From an uncultured Bacteroidales bacterium (lineage in GTDB: Bacteria; Bacteroidota; Bacteroidia; Bacteroidales; CAIXZF01): 64,000 bases of DNA. The notes below the pieces were generated by a model. The model was not told the DNA's origin. It saw only the letters and a program-made list of their open reading frames with translations, and did not search any database. The DNA is taken from contig CAZSQJ010000002.1 of the NCBI GenBank assembly GCA_964608665.1, forward strand, positions 3,508-67,507. The letters run 5' to 3'. Position numbers and translations under genes: made by a program. Positions 19,598-29,260 of this stretch are shown piece after piece (position 1 is the stretch's first letter; every line of letters begins with the position of its first letter).

Positions 19598-19619
19598 AGG
19601 CTTTTTTTTGCTAAAGTAG

Positions 19620-19654
19620 AAAAAAAAAGCCGGAATCCCAGTCAGGAGTCCGGC
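19620..19654 (-). terminator. Rho-independent terminator downstream of mscL
   Basis: On the minus strand, stem GCCGGA/TCCGGC (19629-19634 with 19649-19654) is followed by a run of 9 U (19620-19628). Confidence 0.6.
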
Positions 19655-19677
19655 TTCGCAGAAAAATCACGGAAGGC

Positions 19678-20073
19678 TTATTTCTTAAGCAAGTCCCTGA
19701 TTTCTCCAAGCAGTTTTTCAGTGGCCGATGGTTCGGGCGGAGCGGCAGGAGCTGCCTCCTCTTTCTTCTTCATGCTGTTAAATGCCTTGATCACCATAAA
19801 AATGACAAAGGCAATCACCAGGAATTCGAATACAACCTGGATGAAATTGCCGTAATTAATGGTGACCGGGTTCTCTGCGGCGCCCCCGATGATAATTTTC
19901 AGATCGGTGAAGTTGACGTTGCCGAGGATAAGGCCCAGGGGAGGCATGATGAGGTCGTTAATGACCGAGGTAACGATTTTGCCGAAGGCTGCTCCGATGA
20001 TCACACCGATTGCAAGATCAAGGACACTGCCCCGATTGATGAAAGTCTTGAATTCCGTAACAATCTTAGACAT
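19678..20073 (-). CDS. mscL: Large-conductance mechanosensitive channel
   Basis: FKTFINRGSVLDLAIGVIIGAAFGKIV and the overall 131-aa two-TM architecture. Confidence 0.95.
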   Translation of the reverse strand: MSKIVTEFKTFINRGSVLDLAIGVIIGAAFGKIVTSVINDLIMPPLGLILGNVNFTDLKIIIGGAAENPVTINYGNFIQVVFEFLVIAFVIFMVIKAFNSMKKKEEAAPAAPPEPSATEKLLGEIRDLLKK

Positions 20074-20106
20074 AAGCTTTGGATTTATTGGTTAATAAAG
20101 AGGTTG

Positions 20107-20970
20107 CTAAAGATTAAACAGGATACCAAGCGCAAATCCCTGGCTGTATTGAACCTTATCATCCATGTCGGGGTCGTTCAGTACGGTGCCGGTCAGGTTC
20201 ACATTGATGAATTTATTAACTTTGGCAGTGAGGGTTGCATCGAGGCGGGATACAATCCGTCCGATGTTTTCGTAAGGTGCCAGTGCAGCGAAACGGGTTT
20301 TCAGGTTGAGGTTGGTGGCGATATCCTTGTCGAAATTGGCGATGAACTGGAAAGCCACCTCATTCCGGATTTTTTTACCGATCTCCACCCCGAAGTTTTT
20401 GGGATTAGTCAGGTAAAGACTGGTGTCGAGCACGAAAGTCTGACGCAGCGTCCCGGTTCCGAAACGGGCCCAGAAATAATCCACCGGTTTGTATTCCAGT
20501 CCGATGGAACTGGTCAGGTAAGCGGGTGCCATAAATTTGGACAAAAGAAGGGAGTATTCCATCCCCTGGGCGTCTTTTTTGTATTCGAAACCTGCGTCGA
20601 ACTGGGAAGTGAAGTTTACAGAGGCGAAAAGGTTCCATTTTGCCGCGATCTTATAACCCAGTTTGGAGTCGAAAAAGATCTTGTCCTGCGATTTACGGGC
20701 GGTCTGCCCTTTGTTCTGTACGAAACCGTAAGCCAATTGCAGGTCATTGTCGAAGGTGATTTTCTTTTTGTCGCTGAAAGAAGCGGTGGCATTCAGGAAG
20801 GTTCCCAGGGCTATGGAGTTGACGCCGCCTCCCTTCCAGTTATCGCTGAAGGAGGCCTGGTTAAGGTTCAGACCGGTTTGCATGGTCTTTTTCCAGTGTA
20901 GGGTGTCGTTCTGTGCATGAACCAGGAAACAGGGTAAGAGCAGCAACAGGAGGCAGGTTCTTTTCTTCAT
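20107..20970 (-). CDS. DUF3078 outer-membrane beta-barrel protein
   Basis: Signal peptide and N-terminal block WKKTMQTGLNLNQASFSDNWKGGGVNSIAL typical of DUF3078, with an alternating beta pattern. Confidence 0.7.
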   Translation of the reverse strand: MKKRTCLLLLLLPCFLVHAQNDTLHWKKTMQTGLNLNQASFSDNWKGGGVNSIALGTFLNATASFSDKKKITFDNDLQLAYGFVQNKGQTARKSQDKIFFDSKLGYKIAAKWNLFASVNFTSQFDAGFEYKKDAQGMEYSLLLSKFMAPAYLTSSIGLEYKPVDYFWARFGTGTLRQTFVLDTSLYLTNPKNFGVEIGKKIRNEVAFQFIANFDKDIATNLNLKTRFAALAPYENIGRIVSRLDATLTAKVNKFINVNLTGTVLNDPDMDDKVQYSQGFALGILFNL

Positions 20971-21070
20971 ATTAATCTTGTATTTGTGGGTTTTACTAAG
21001 CTAACATCAAAAAGAGGGTCTTGTTCAGACTACGGAGCAGGTAAATATACAGAATAATTCTCCTTCAATC

Positions 21071-22945
21071 TTATTTTGCCTTATTTGAATCACAACTGAC
21101 ATGAAAGCGGGGAGCTTGATAGTCAGGCGGCAGATAAGAAGGGGGGATGGCGGTGTGGTTCCCGTCCCGTGCGGCACGGTAATGCGGCGACATAATTTCT
21201 ATGCCCCTCTCGGCGCATACATCCTGAATATGCTGATGCAGTTCGGAATAAATTTGGGCCTGCTTCCCTGCTTCTTTCGTATAGGCATTGATCTGGTAGG
21301 ATACATAAAAATCATCGAGACTGGTTTGCAGCACAAAGGGCGCAGGCGAATGCATCAGGTCTGAGGTACGAAGTGCGGCATCAGTCAGGGCCTTGTGCAT
21401 GTCGTTCCAGGGAACGTCATACCCTATGGTTACGGTGGTGTGGATGATCAGGCCGTTGCCTGCTGCTTCAATGGAGTAATTGGTGGTGTTGCCTGTTAAA
21501 ATTGAGGAGTTGGGGATGGTAACGATTTCATTCTTGATGGTTCGTATCCTGGTAACCAGCAGGGTTTTCTCCACCACATCCCCGGTGATATCCCCGATCA
21601 TGATCCTGTCGTTGATTTTAAAGGGTCTCATATAGGTGATGACCAGGCCTGCTATCATATTTGTTATTACGGATGAAGAACCGAGGGAGAACAGTACGCC
21701 GATAAATACCGAAACACCCCGGAATACGGCTGAATCCGATCCCGGCAGGTAAGGGAAAATCAACACAAAAGTGAATGCATATAGCAGGAATCTGGCAATG
21801 TTAAATGTCGGAAGGGACCAGTCAGGGTGAAAACCGCTTATTTTTAGTTTTTCTGATTCAATTTCAGTGAAGACATACCTGACAAAACGGATCAGGTACT
21901 TCATGATAAAAACAATGATCAGGATTCTGATCAGGTTTGGTAAGTATTGCCAGGCAGCGAGAAGTACACTTCTGAACGGAGACCAGATGAGGGAGAACAG
22001 GGCATCGGCCCAGGTACGGGAGAAGGGAAAAATGCTGAATATGACCGGAAGGGTAAGGTACAGTAGCAAAGCATAGGTCAGCCAGCGGGAAATCCTGATA
22101 ATGAAGAATACGATTCGTATCTCCTGGGAGGTACTGAGAAAGATGTAATCTTTGTATTTCAGATTTTTCAACCACCGGTCCTTGCGAAGTTCAACAAATG
22201 AGTGAATGTATCGGAATGCTTTCCCGATGAGCCAGATAAACACCCATGCAATCAGAACGACCAGTACAACCAGCCCTATTCTCAACAAAAGCTTCCCCAG
22301 GCTGTTCGCTTTTCTGGCATCCACGATCGCTTTGGTGATTATGGTTTTGTAATCTGCGGCGAGGGCTTCCATGGTTTTATCATACCACATGGCATCTGTT
22401 TCCGAGATGCTCATGATGATCAGATCCTTGTAAACAATATCTATGGTATTTTCCGACTGTTGAAGAGAAACAGAGTCAACTGACAGAAAATCATCATTAT
22501 AGAGATTTCGTATTTTTTTTGTTATATTATCTGATCGTTCTTTCGGGGTGGATGCGCCGATTTTGGAGTATATCAGAAACAGTGTGTCGTCGAGAATTCC
22601 GATGACGGGATAAGCTTTCGCAGTCAGACGCAGCGAGTCTATTTTTGCTTTTTTCAATATCATCCGTTGGCGTTCCGTTTCGTCGATCGCCTGAAGCTGG
22701 GAGAGGATACTGTTCTTCCGCTGCTGGTCTGTTGCGCTCAGTTGAAGTAACTGCGCCTCGAGTCCTGCTCTTTTGGCTGAGTCAGCCTGTCTGAGTTTTT
22801 CCATTCCGGTAAGTCTCTCAAAGAGCATGGCAAGCATCCTGGAATTGGCAGTGTCGTTTTGTGCAGTCGTATCAGCTTGAAGACCAGGCAGGAAAAAACA
22901 CAGCAGTACCCACAGGGATATGCAATAACGGATTGTTTTCATCAT
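21071..22945 (-). CDS. MscS-family mechanosensitive channel with a long N-terminal periplasmic coiled-coil
   Basis: Conserved MscS core ITNMIAGLVITYMRPFKINDRIMIGDITGDVVEKTLLVTRIRT..NEIVTIPNS. Confidence 0.85.
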   Translation of the reverse strand: MMKTIRYCISLWVLLCFFLPGLQADTTAQNDTANSRMLAMLFERLTGMEKLRQADSAKRAGLEAQLLQLSATDQQRKNSILSQLQAIDETERQRMILKKAKIDSLRLTAKAYPVIGILDDTLFLIYSKIGASTPKERSDNITKKIRNLYNDDFLSVDSVSLQQSENTIDIVYKDLIIMSISETDAMWYDKTMEALAADYKTIITKAIVDARKANSLGKLLLRIGLVVLVVLIAWVFIWLIGKAFRYIHSFVELRKDRWLKNLKYKDYIFLSTSQEIRIVFFIIRISRWLTYALLLYLTLPVIFSIFPFSRTWADALFSLIWSPFRSVLLAAWQYLPNLIRILIIVFIMKYLIRFVRYVFTEIESEKLKISGFHPDWSLPTFNIARFLLYAFTFVLIFPYLPGSDSAVFRGVSVFIGVLFSLGSSSVITNMIAGLVITYMRPFKINDRIMIGDITGDVVEKTLLVTRIRTIKNEIVTIPNSSILTGNTTNYSIEAAGNGLIIHTTVTIGYDVPWNDMHKALTDAALRTSDLMHSPAPFVLQTSLDDFYVSYQINAYTKEAGKQAQIYSELHQHIQDVCAERGIEIMSPHYRAARDGNHTAIPPSYLPPDYQAPRFHVSCDSNKAK

Positions 22946-24435
22946 ATTTGATGTTTTGCAGGTTGGTCATCAGCATTCATTTCAAGTCGTTTCAGAACCT
23001 GTGTGAGGGCATGCTGGCTTTCGGAGAGCACATACAGTTTGTCATTTGCGGCCAGCAATGTGGAGCCATCCGGGATAATGAACTTATCTTTTCTTTTAAT
23101 GAATGAGATCAGGGTGGTTTTTGGAAGCCCCAGCTGGACGATTTGCTTTCCTATTACCGGTGATGACTCCGGGATACTTATTTCAGTCAGCAGGGCCTTC
23201 AGACTTTCTGTCAGTTCAAGATCTGCTTTGGTTCTTTGTTTAAGCCGGACCGGAAGCGTCAGGTGCAGGAATCCGGCCATTTTTGGCAGGGTGGTACCCT
23301 GAAGCAGCACCGAACTCAGCGAGATAAAAAACACAACATTAAAGATCATGCCTGCTTTTTCGGCACCGGCAATCAGCGGATATGTGGCAAACACGATAGG
23401 AACAGCCCCGCGGAGGCCCACCCAGGAAATGAACCATCTGGAACGCATGTTCACCCTGAATGGAGTCAGGCTGATGAATACACTCAGGGGTCTGGCCACC
23501 AGGATCAGAAAGACAGAGATCACAAGACCGATGCCGATCACCGGGACGATCTGGCTGGGATACACCAGCAAACCGAGGGTTAAAAAGAGGATGATGTGCA
23601 TCAGCCAGGCAAAACTGTCGAAGGATTTAAGAATTTTCTTCTTATGGATAAGTTCCTGGTTTCCAAGGTATAGGGCGCTCAGGTAAACCGCCAGGAATCC
23701 ATTGCCACCCACAAAGTCGGTGAAAGAGAAACTGAAAAACACGATAGCGATCACCAGCACGATATAGAGCCCTTCGTAATCCAGTTTTATTCTGTTGATC
23801 ACGAGAGATCCGAGCCGTCCCACACCGTAACCGATCAACGCTCCAAGCAGCAGTTGCCTGAAAAACAGGGGAATGATATCGAGAAGGCTGTTGTCCTGGT
23901 TCACGACCAGGCCGGTGAAAATAATGGTAAGGATATAGGCCATGGGGTCGTTGCTGCCGCTTTCCAGTTCGAGGGTTGGCCTGAGGTTTCCTTTAAGGGC
24001 GAGGCTTTTGGACCGGAGAATTGAAAAAACTGCAGCCGAGTCGGTGGAAGACACGATGGAACCCAGCAGCAATGCTTCAAAAAGGGTGAAGTCAGTGATC
24101 AGGTGGACAAAAATCCCCACACTTGCTGCCGTGATCATCACTCCAAGTGTTGACAGGGTAATGCCCTGCCAGAGGATGGGACGTATGGTTTTCCAGTCGG
24201 TATCAAGTCCCCCGGAGAACAGAATTAAGCATAGGGCCACAATTCCGATGAACTGGGCAGATTTGGGATTGTCAAACTGTATTCCCCCGATGCCCTCTGA
24301 TCCCGCCAGCATGCCTACGGTGATAAACAGGAGTAAAACCGGGACACCGAACCTGTATGATGTTTTTCCTGCCAGCAGTGAGATAAAGAGCAGGATGGAA
24401 CCGATCAGCAGGATATTTTCCGTGGTGAGTGTCAT
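22942..24435 (-). CDS. K+/H+ (cation:proton) antiporter, CvrA/NhaP2-like, with a TrkA-C domain
   Basis: Na_H_Exchanger membrane domain plus a C-terminal TrkA-C region (ISIPESSPVIGKQIVQLGLP...IIPDGSTLLAANDKLYVL). Confidence 0.85.
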   Translation of the reverse strand: MTLTTENILLIGSILLFISLLAGKTSYRFGVPVLLLFITVGMLAGSEGIGGIQFDNPKSAQFIGIVALCLILFSGGLDTDWKTIRPILWQGITLSTLGVMITAASVGIFVHLITDFTLFEALLLGSIVSSTDSAAVFSILRSKSLALKGNLRPTLELESGSNDPMAYILTIIFTGLVVNQDNSLLDIIPLFFRQLLLGALIGYGVGRLGSLVINRIKLDYEGLYIVLVIAIVFFSFSFTDFVGGNGFLAVYLSALYLGNQELIHKKKILKSFDSFAWLMHIILFLTLGLLVYPSQIVPVIGIGLVISVFLILVARPLSVFISLTPFRVNMRSRWFISWVGLRGAVPIVFATYPLIAGAEKAGMIFNVVFFISLSSVLLQGTTLPKMAGFLHLTLPVRLKQRTKADLELTESLKALLTEISIPESSPVIGKQIVQLGLPKTTLISFIKRKDKFIIPDGSTLLAANDKLYVLSESQHALTQVLKRLEMNADDQPAKHQI

Positions 24436-25304
24436 AAGAGGAGGAGGTCAGCGATGACAAAAGCGGCGAAAAGAAGGCTTCCTGTCCCGTTGAGCGTAAA
24501 AAACGCCAGGTTGACACGGCTCAGGTCGGTGGGTTTCACGATCAGGTGCTGGTAGAAGATGAGCAGGGCAAAGATGGCGGTTCCGGTCCAGAACAGCCAT
24601 CCCGACCCGGCAACAGTACCTGCCCTGATGATGAAAAGCACGGCCAGGATGTGCAGGGCGGAACTGAAGTGCAGGGCACGTTTTTTTCCCAGTTTGGCGG
24701 GTATAGATTTGAGTCTGAGTGATTTGTCGAAATCTTCATCCTGTAGTGCATAAATGATGTCAAAGCCGGCAACCCAGCAAAGGACACTGAAGGCATACAG
24801 GACGGGTGTCCAGGAAGGCATGCCTGTAACGGCGAGATAAGCGCCGATGGGTGCGAGTGACAATCCGAGCCCCAGTACCAGGTGGGAAAAGGAGGTGAAA
24901 CGTTTGGTGAAACTGTAACCAAGAATGATGAAGAGGGCCAGGGGAGAGAGTTTAAAGCAGAGCGGGTTGATAAACCAGCAGGTGGCGATGAACAGCAAGC
25001 CGTTGATGATGCTGAACAACAATACCGACCTGGCTCTCAGGATACCGGCCGGTATTTCCCTGAGCAGGGTTCTGGGATTCAGCCTGTCGATTTCCCTGTC
25101 TGCAAAACGGTTAAAGCTCATGGCTGCATTCCGGGCAAAGACCATGCACAGGATCACTTTGAGCAGCAACCAGGGATCGAAAGGGTAGCCATCGCCGGAC
25201 ACGGCGAGCGAAAAGCCGATCAGGGCAAAGGGAAGCGCGAAAAGGCTGTGGGAAAATTTAACCAGAGAGGAATAACTGGAGAATTTATTCAGTACTTTGT
25301 TCAT
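24432..25304 (-). CDS. UbiA-family polyprenyltransferase (4-hydroxybenzoate polyprenyltransferase-like)
   Basis: Eight to nine TM helices, the Asp-rich motif NRFADREIDRLNPRT and a second motif YALQDEDFD. Confidence 0.8.
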   Translation of the reverse strand: MNKVLNKFSSYSSLVKFSHSLFALPFALIGFSLAVSGDGYPFDPWLLLKVILCMVFARNAAMSFNRFADREIDRLNPRTLLREIPAGILRARSVLLFSIINGLLFIATCWFINPLCFKLSPLALFIILGYSFTKRFTSFSHLVLGLGLSLAPIGAYLAVTGMPSWTPVLYAFSVLCWVAGFDIIYALQDEDFDKSLRLKSIPAKLGKKRALHFSSALHILAVLFIIRAGTVAGSGWLFWTGTAIFALLIFYQHLIVKPTDLSRVNLAFFTLNGTGSLLFAAFVIADLLLL

Positions 25305-25325
25305 GCCACCATTGCTTTACACCTG

Positions 25326-25333
25326 CAAATTTA
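25326..25333 (-). promoter_or_regulatory. Bacteroidota-type -7 promoter box (TAAATTTG on the minus strand) for the UbiA operon
   Basis: Exact TAnnTTTG match. It lies back to back with the plus-strand box at 25338-25345. Confidence 0.4.
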
Positions 25334-25337
25334 CATG

Positions 25338-25345
25338 TAAGTTTG
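25338..25345 (+). promoter_or_regulatory. Bacteroidota-type -7 promoter box (TAAGTTTG)
   Basis: Exact TAnnTTTG match 36 nt upstream of the ATG at 25382. Confidence 0.4.
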
Positions 25346-25381
25346 CTTATCTGAAAGTAAACGCAGTGCTAAACCACTTTG

Positions 25382-26212
25382 ATGTCCATGTCCCCAACCC
25401 TGCCCGACATTCCTTACAATCACCGGCAAATTGCATGGAAATACATTGATTATCAGTTTCGTGCAACCGGTTCACATGGTATTCATTCCCCCTTTTTGTA
25501 TCATTTATACAGGGAGGTAATCCGTGGTCGGCACCCTTCACCGGCACTTGAAGCAGCCCTTGGTTACCGGGCCATGTTACGATGTGACACATCGGAAATC
25601 CGATGTGTCACATCGGACGAAACGGATACTAAAAGCCCAAAGGAATGCAGGAGAAGCATTTCCGGTATAGTGAAAAATGAAAGTTGCAGGGTAAAGACAG
25701 GGAGGTTGTTGTTTCGTTTAGTATCACATTTGCAATCTGTTAATGTGCTTGAGCTGGGTACAAATCTGGGTGTGGGTACCTGTTTTCTGGCAGCAGGCAT
25801 GCAGGGTGGACGTTTGATTACAGTAGAAAAATCCGGGGAACTTCTCCATGTGGCACATCGGATTTCCGATGTGCCACATCGTGAAAACCACCCGGAAATC
25901 ACATATGTTCACGGGCATTTCAGGGAGGTGTTGCCGGATATTCTTGCCGGACTTCCTTTTCTTGATTTTGTGTATTTCGACGGCGACCACCGCTACCTTC
26001 CCACTTTGGAATATTTTGGTTTATGTCTTCAAAAAGCAAACAACAACAGTGTTTTTGCGTTTGATGATATCCACTGGTCGCCTGGAATGGAGAAGGCCTG
26101 GCGGGAAATCACCGCGCATCCGCAGGTGAGCCTGTCTATCGATCTTTTCCGGACCGGACTGGTGTTTTTCCGGCAGGAACTCAGCAGGCAGCATGTGGTG
26201 TTGCGATTTTGA
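25382..26212 (+). CDS. Class I SAM-dependent methyltransferase containing two in-frame palindromic elements
   Basis: HGIHSPFLY, SAM motif I VLELGTNLGVGTCFLAAG, FVYFDGDHRY and FDDIHWSPGM. The likely start is the ATG at 25382 (the track uses the TTG at 25379). Confidence 0.7.
   Translation: MSMSPTLPDIPYNHRQIAWKYIDYQFRATGSHGIHSPFLYHLYREVIRGRHPSPALEAALGYRAMLRCDTSEIRCVTSDETDTKSPKECRRSISGIVKNESCRVKTGRLLFRLVSHLQSVNVLELGTNLGVGTCFLAAGMQGGRLITVEKSGELLHVAHRISDVPHRENHPEITYVHGHFREVLPDILAGLPFLDFVYFDGDHRYLPTLEYFGLCLQKANNNSVFAFDDIHWSPGMEKAWREITAHPQVSLSIDLFRTGLVFFRQELSRQHVVLRF
25580..25615. repeat. 36-nt perfect palindrome (17-bp arms, AA centre)
   Basis: CGATGTGACACATCGGA-AA-TCCGATGTGTCACATCG, checked base by base. 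Each arm contains the 7-1-7 palindrome CGATGTGnCACATCG. Confidence 0.95.
25846..25881. repeat. Second copy of the palindrome (15-bp perfect arms 25848-25879, TT centre)
   Basis: ATGTGGCACATCGGA-TT-TCCGATGTGCCACAT. The A-to-G change relative to copy 1 is compensated on the other arm. One mismatch, then one more pair, extends it to 25846-25881. Confidence 0.95.
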
Positions 26213-26327
26213 AAATGATTACTTTTACCGGGCTGAATGCAGGCAATAAAACCCGGCAGACGGTGTTTGCTCCGTCAGGCAGACCATAGTACGGTTTTTG
26301 CCGGTTTTGAACCAAATGATCTGAAAT

Positions 26328-27059
26328 ATGAAGAATGAAGTGATCCGGCTGATAGACATCGCCAAACATTACAAGGTGGGAAACCAGCTGGTACAGGCGC
26401 TCCGAACCATCACCCTCGACATTTTCCGGGGAGAGTACGTCGCCCTGATGGGTCCCTCAGGTTCGGGAAAGTCTACCCTGATGAACATCCTGGGTTGTCT
26501 TGACACTCCCACCCGCGGACAGTATTTCCTCAGCGGCACCGATGTCAGCAAGATGGACGACAACCAGCTGGCCGAAATCCGCAACAAGGAGATCGGGTTT
26601 GTATTTCAGACCTTCAACCTCCTGCCACGTTCCTCTGCCCTGGAGAATGTGATGCTTCCGCTGGTATATGCGGGTTACGGCAAGCAAAAACGCATGGAAC
26701 TTGCCCGCAAATCCCTTGATGACGTCAACCTTACCGACCGCATTGCACATAAACCCAATGAATTATCTGGAGGACAACGGCAGCGTGTTGCCATCGCCAG
26801 GGCCCTGGTCAACAATCCCTCTATCATCCTTGCCGACGAACCCACCGGTAACCTGGACTCGAAGACTTCCATTGAAATCATGGGATTATTCGAAGAGATA
26901 CACAAACTGGGCAACACTGTCATTGTGGTGACACATGAGGAAAGTATCGCCAAGCACGCACACCGCATCATCCGCCTGATCGACGGGGAAGTGTCATCGG
27001 ATGAAGTCAATACCCGGGTGCAAACCATGGCGGATTACACCCTGCAGGCTACTTCATGA
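26328..27059 (+). CDS. ABC transporter ATP-binding protein (LolD/MacB-type)
   Basis: Walker [10 protein letters not shown], signature LSGGQRQR and Walker [12 protein letters not shown]. Confidence 0.9.
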   Translation: MKNEVIRLIDIAKHYKVGNQLVQALRTITLDIFRGEYVALMGPSGSGKSTLMNILGCLDTPTRGQYFLSGTDVSKMDDNQLAEIRNKEIGFVFQTFNLLPRSSALENVMLPLVYAGYGKQKRMELARKSLDDVNLTDRIAHKPNELSGGQRQRVAIARALVNNPSIILADEPTGNLDSKTSIEIMGLFEEIHKLGNTVIVVTHEESIAKHAHRIIRLIDGEVSSDEVNTRVQTMADYTLQATS

Positions 27060-27637
27060 GCAGCGATTGGAAAATATACACCCGGACTGGTGACAAGGGA
27101 GAAACCTCTCTGATCGGCGGCAGGCGGGTACCCAAGCACGATCTGCAGATTGAAGCCTACGGCACGGTTGACGAACTGAACTCCTTCATTGGTCTGATCC
27201 ATGCGAAGATGCCGGCGGATGAAGCCGGCCGCATCACCATGCTGGAAGTCATGGACCGGCTGTTCACCCTGGAATCGCTGCTGGCCGAAGATAAAGCTCC
27301 CGACCCGGAAGGAAAAAGGAAGCGCAAAGCCCTGCCGGGCCTTTTTCCGGAGGATGTGACCTTACTGGAAAAGGAGATCGACCGCATGAATGAAGATTTG
27401 CCGGCCTTGTCCTCCTTTATCCTTCCCGGTGGTTCTGAATCGGCCGCACTTTGTCACGTGGCCCGCTGTGTCTGCCGGAGGGCAGAGCGCATCACCCTGC
27501 GGTTGTCGGAAGAACATCCCTTTGACCCCCTGATCCTTCAGTACCTCAACAGGTTGTCGGATTATCTCTTTGTACTGGCCAGGTATATGAACAAGCTGGA
27601 AGCAGGGGAAGAAATCCTTTGGAAGCCAAGGGTGTAA
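27056..27637 (+). CDS. PduO-type ATP:cob(I)alamin adenosyltransferase
   Basis: N-terminal [12 protein letters not shown] and later FILPGG...A..HVAR..CRRAER. It overlaps the ABC gene by 4 nt. Confidence 0.88.
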   Translation: MSSDWKIYTRTGDKGETSLIGGRRVPKHDLQIEAYGTVDELNSFIGLIHAKMPADEAGRITMLEVMDRLFTLESLLAEDKAPDPEGKRKRKALPGLFPEDVTLLEKEIDRMNEDLPALSSFILPGGSESAALCHVARCVCRRAERITLRLSEEHPFDPLILQYLNRLSDYLFVLARYMNKLEAGEEILWKPRV

Positions 27638-27654
27638 GGTAGTATGGATGCTCT

Positions 27655-29169
27655 GTGAAATTTTTCAAAACAAAGTATCAGATGAGTAACACTTTTACTA
27701 TGAAGGCTTTGGCCAGGTATCTGCAATTGTCCGGGGTGGCTTGCCTGGGCTTATGGTCACTGCAAGCTGATTTGCTGAATGCCCAGAGTATTCATGGCCG
27801 GATTTCCTATCAAGGTAATGCCGCCACTCCTTTGTACGATGCAGCGGTTACCATGCGGACGTTTTCAGGGCAGCTGATCCAGTCGGTACAAACGGACGCC
27901 ATGGGGCAATATTCCTTCGATTTAGCTGCTCCGGGCACGGTCGTGATTACGGTTACATCGTCCCTGCCGGCCGGCGGGTTCAATGCCCTGGCTGCCCTGG
28001 CTGCACTCCGGCATTTTGTGGGACAGGTCACCCTGTCCGGTTTGCCTTTCCGGGCTGCCGATGTGGATGGCAGCGGCTTTGTGAACACCACCGACGCCAT
28101 GCTGATCGTACAACGCTACGTGGGACAGATCAACGCATTTCCGGCGGGAACATGGGTGTTTGAAAGCGATACCCTGAACATCGCCCCGGGAGATACTACC
28201 GGTGTGAACCTGCAGGGATTGTGTTACGGTGATCCCCTTGGAAGATACATCCCTCCCGGCTGTTCTCCCATGCCCGATTTAGCAGTTGCCGGCCCCGACA
28301 AGAATGTGCCGGATACCGTCACTGTCCTTGCCGCCAATATTCCCTTGTCCGGAGCCGGGAACTGGCAGATCATCTCCGGCACTGGCGGTACCCTCTCCGA
28401 CACAACCGATCCGCAGGCTTTATTAACCGGTGTCACCGGAAACACCTACACACTGACCTGGACCATCTCCACTGCCTGTTACGCTTTTACCGACACGGTA
28501 CTGATCGCTTTCAAACCGCCCTGCGGACTGCCATTCACCGATGTCCGCGACGGGCAGGTATACAACACTGTGCAGATTGGCTCCCAATGCTGGATGCAAC
28601 AAAACCTGAATATCGGGACCATGGTAACTTCAGTCTACCTCCCCGGTAATATTCACTCGGAATGCAGCAATAACGGCATCATTGAGAAATACTGCTATAT
28701 GAACGACACCGCTTACTGCAACGATTTTGGAGGGCTGTACGACTGGAATGAACTGATGGGATATGTCATTCAGCCTGGTGTACAGGGCATTTGTCCGGAT
28801 GAGTGGCACATCCCCACTGACCCGGAATGGTGCACGATGCTCACGTATCTTGATCCGGCCGTGAATTGCGGTATAGAAGGCTGGACGGGAACGGATGCGG
28901 GAAGTCAGCTGAAAGAGCAGGGCCCGGCGCACTGGAGCGCTCCGAATACAGCTACCAATACTAGCGGCTTCTCCGCCTTCGGGAATGGCGTCCGGAGTCA
29001 GCTGGGATTGTTTACCTCGATATTATCGGAAGGTTTTTACTGGTCCTCCACCAAAAATACCACCTATCATGCTCATGTTTACATTCTTTGGCCATCAAGA
29101 ATTGATATTTGCCGGACCAGAAATACCTTCCTGTCCGGTCAGTCGGTCCGGTGTATCAGGAATTTCTGA
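27655..29169 (+). CDS. Secreted protein: CarbopepD-reg/dockerin-like module plus Fibrobacter-type (FISUMP) C-terminal domain
   Basis: Signal peptide around MKALARYLQLSGVACLGLWSL (true start probably 27682 or 27700). Dockerin-like ADVDGSGFVNTTDAMLIVQRY. FISUMP signature FTDVRDGQVYNTVQIGSQCWMQQNLN...EWHIPTDPEW. Confidence 0.7.
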   Translation: MKFFKTKYQMSNTFTMKALARYLQLSGVACLGLWSLQADLLNAQSIHGRISYQGNAATPLYDAAVTMRTFSGQLIQSVQTDAMGQYSFDLAAPGTVVITVTSSLPAGGFNALAALAALRHFVGQVTLSGLPFRAADVDGSGFVNTTDAMLIVQRYVGQINAFPAGTWVFESDTLNIAPGDTTGVNLQGLCYGDPLGRYIPPGCSPMPDLAVAGPDKNVPDTVTVLAANIPLSGAGNWQIISGTGGTLSDTTDPQALLTGVTGNTYTLTWTISTACYAFTDTVLIAFKPPCGLPFTDVRDGQVYNTVQIGSQCWMQQNLNIGTMVTSVYLPGNIHSECSNNGIIEKYCYMNDTAYCNDFGGLYDWNELMGYVIQPGVQGICPDEWHIPTDPEWCTMLTYLDPAVNCGIEGWTGTDAGSQLKEQGPAHWSAPNTATNTSGFSAFGNGVRSQLGLFTSILSEGFYWSSTKNTTYHAHVYILWPSRIDICRTRNTFLSGQSVRCIRNF

Positions 29170-29260
29170 GTTTTATACCGAATGAACACAAGAATGCGAA
29201 AAACGTGTTTCAAGAATCATCGGTATAACGAACAGGAGTCAAAGGACAAATCATTTGTTT

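Noticed and set aside
20104-20901. 265-aa plus-strand ORF
   Set aside because: It is fully antisense to the DUF3078 gene. That gene has a signal peptide, the conserved N-terminal block and a beta-barrel pattern. The plus-strand translation has no recognisable features.
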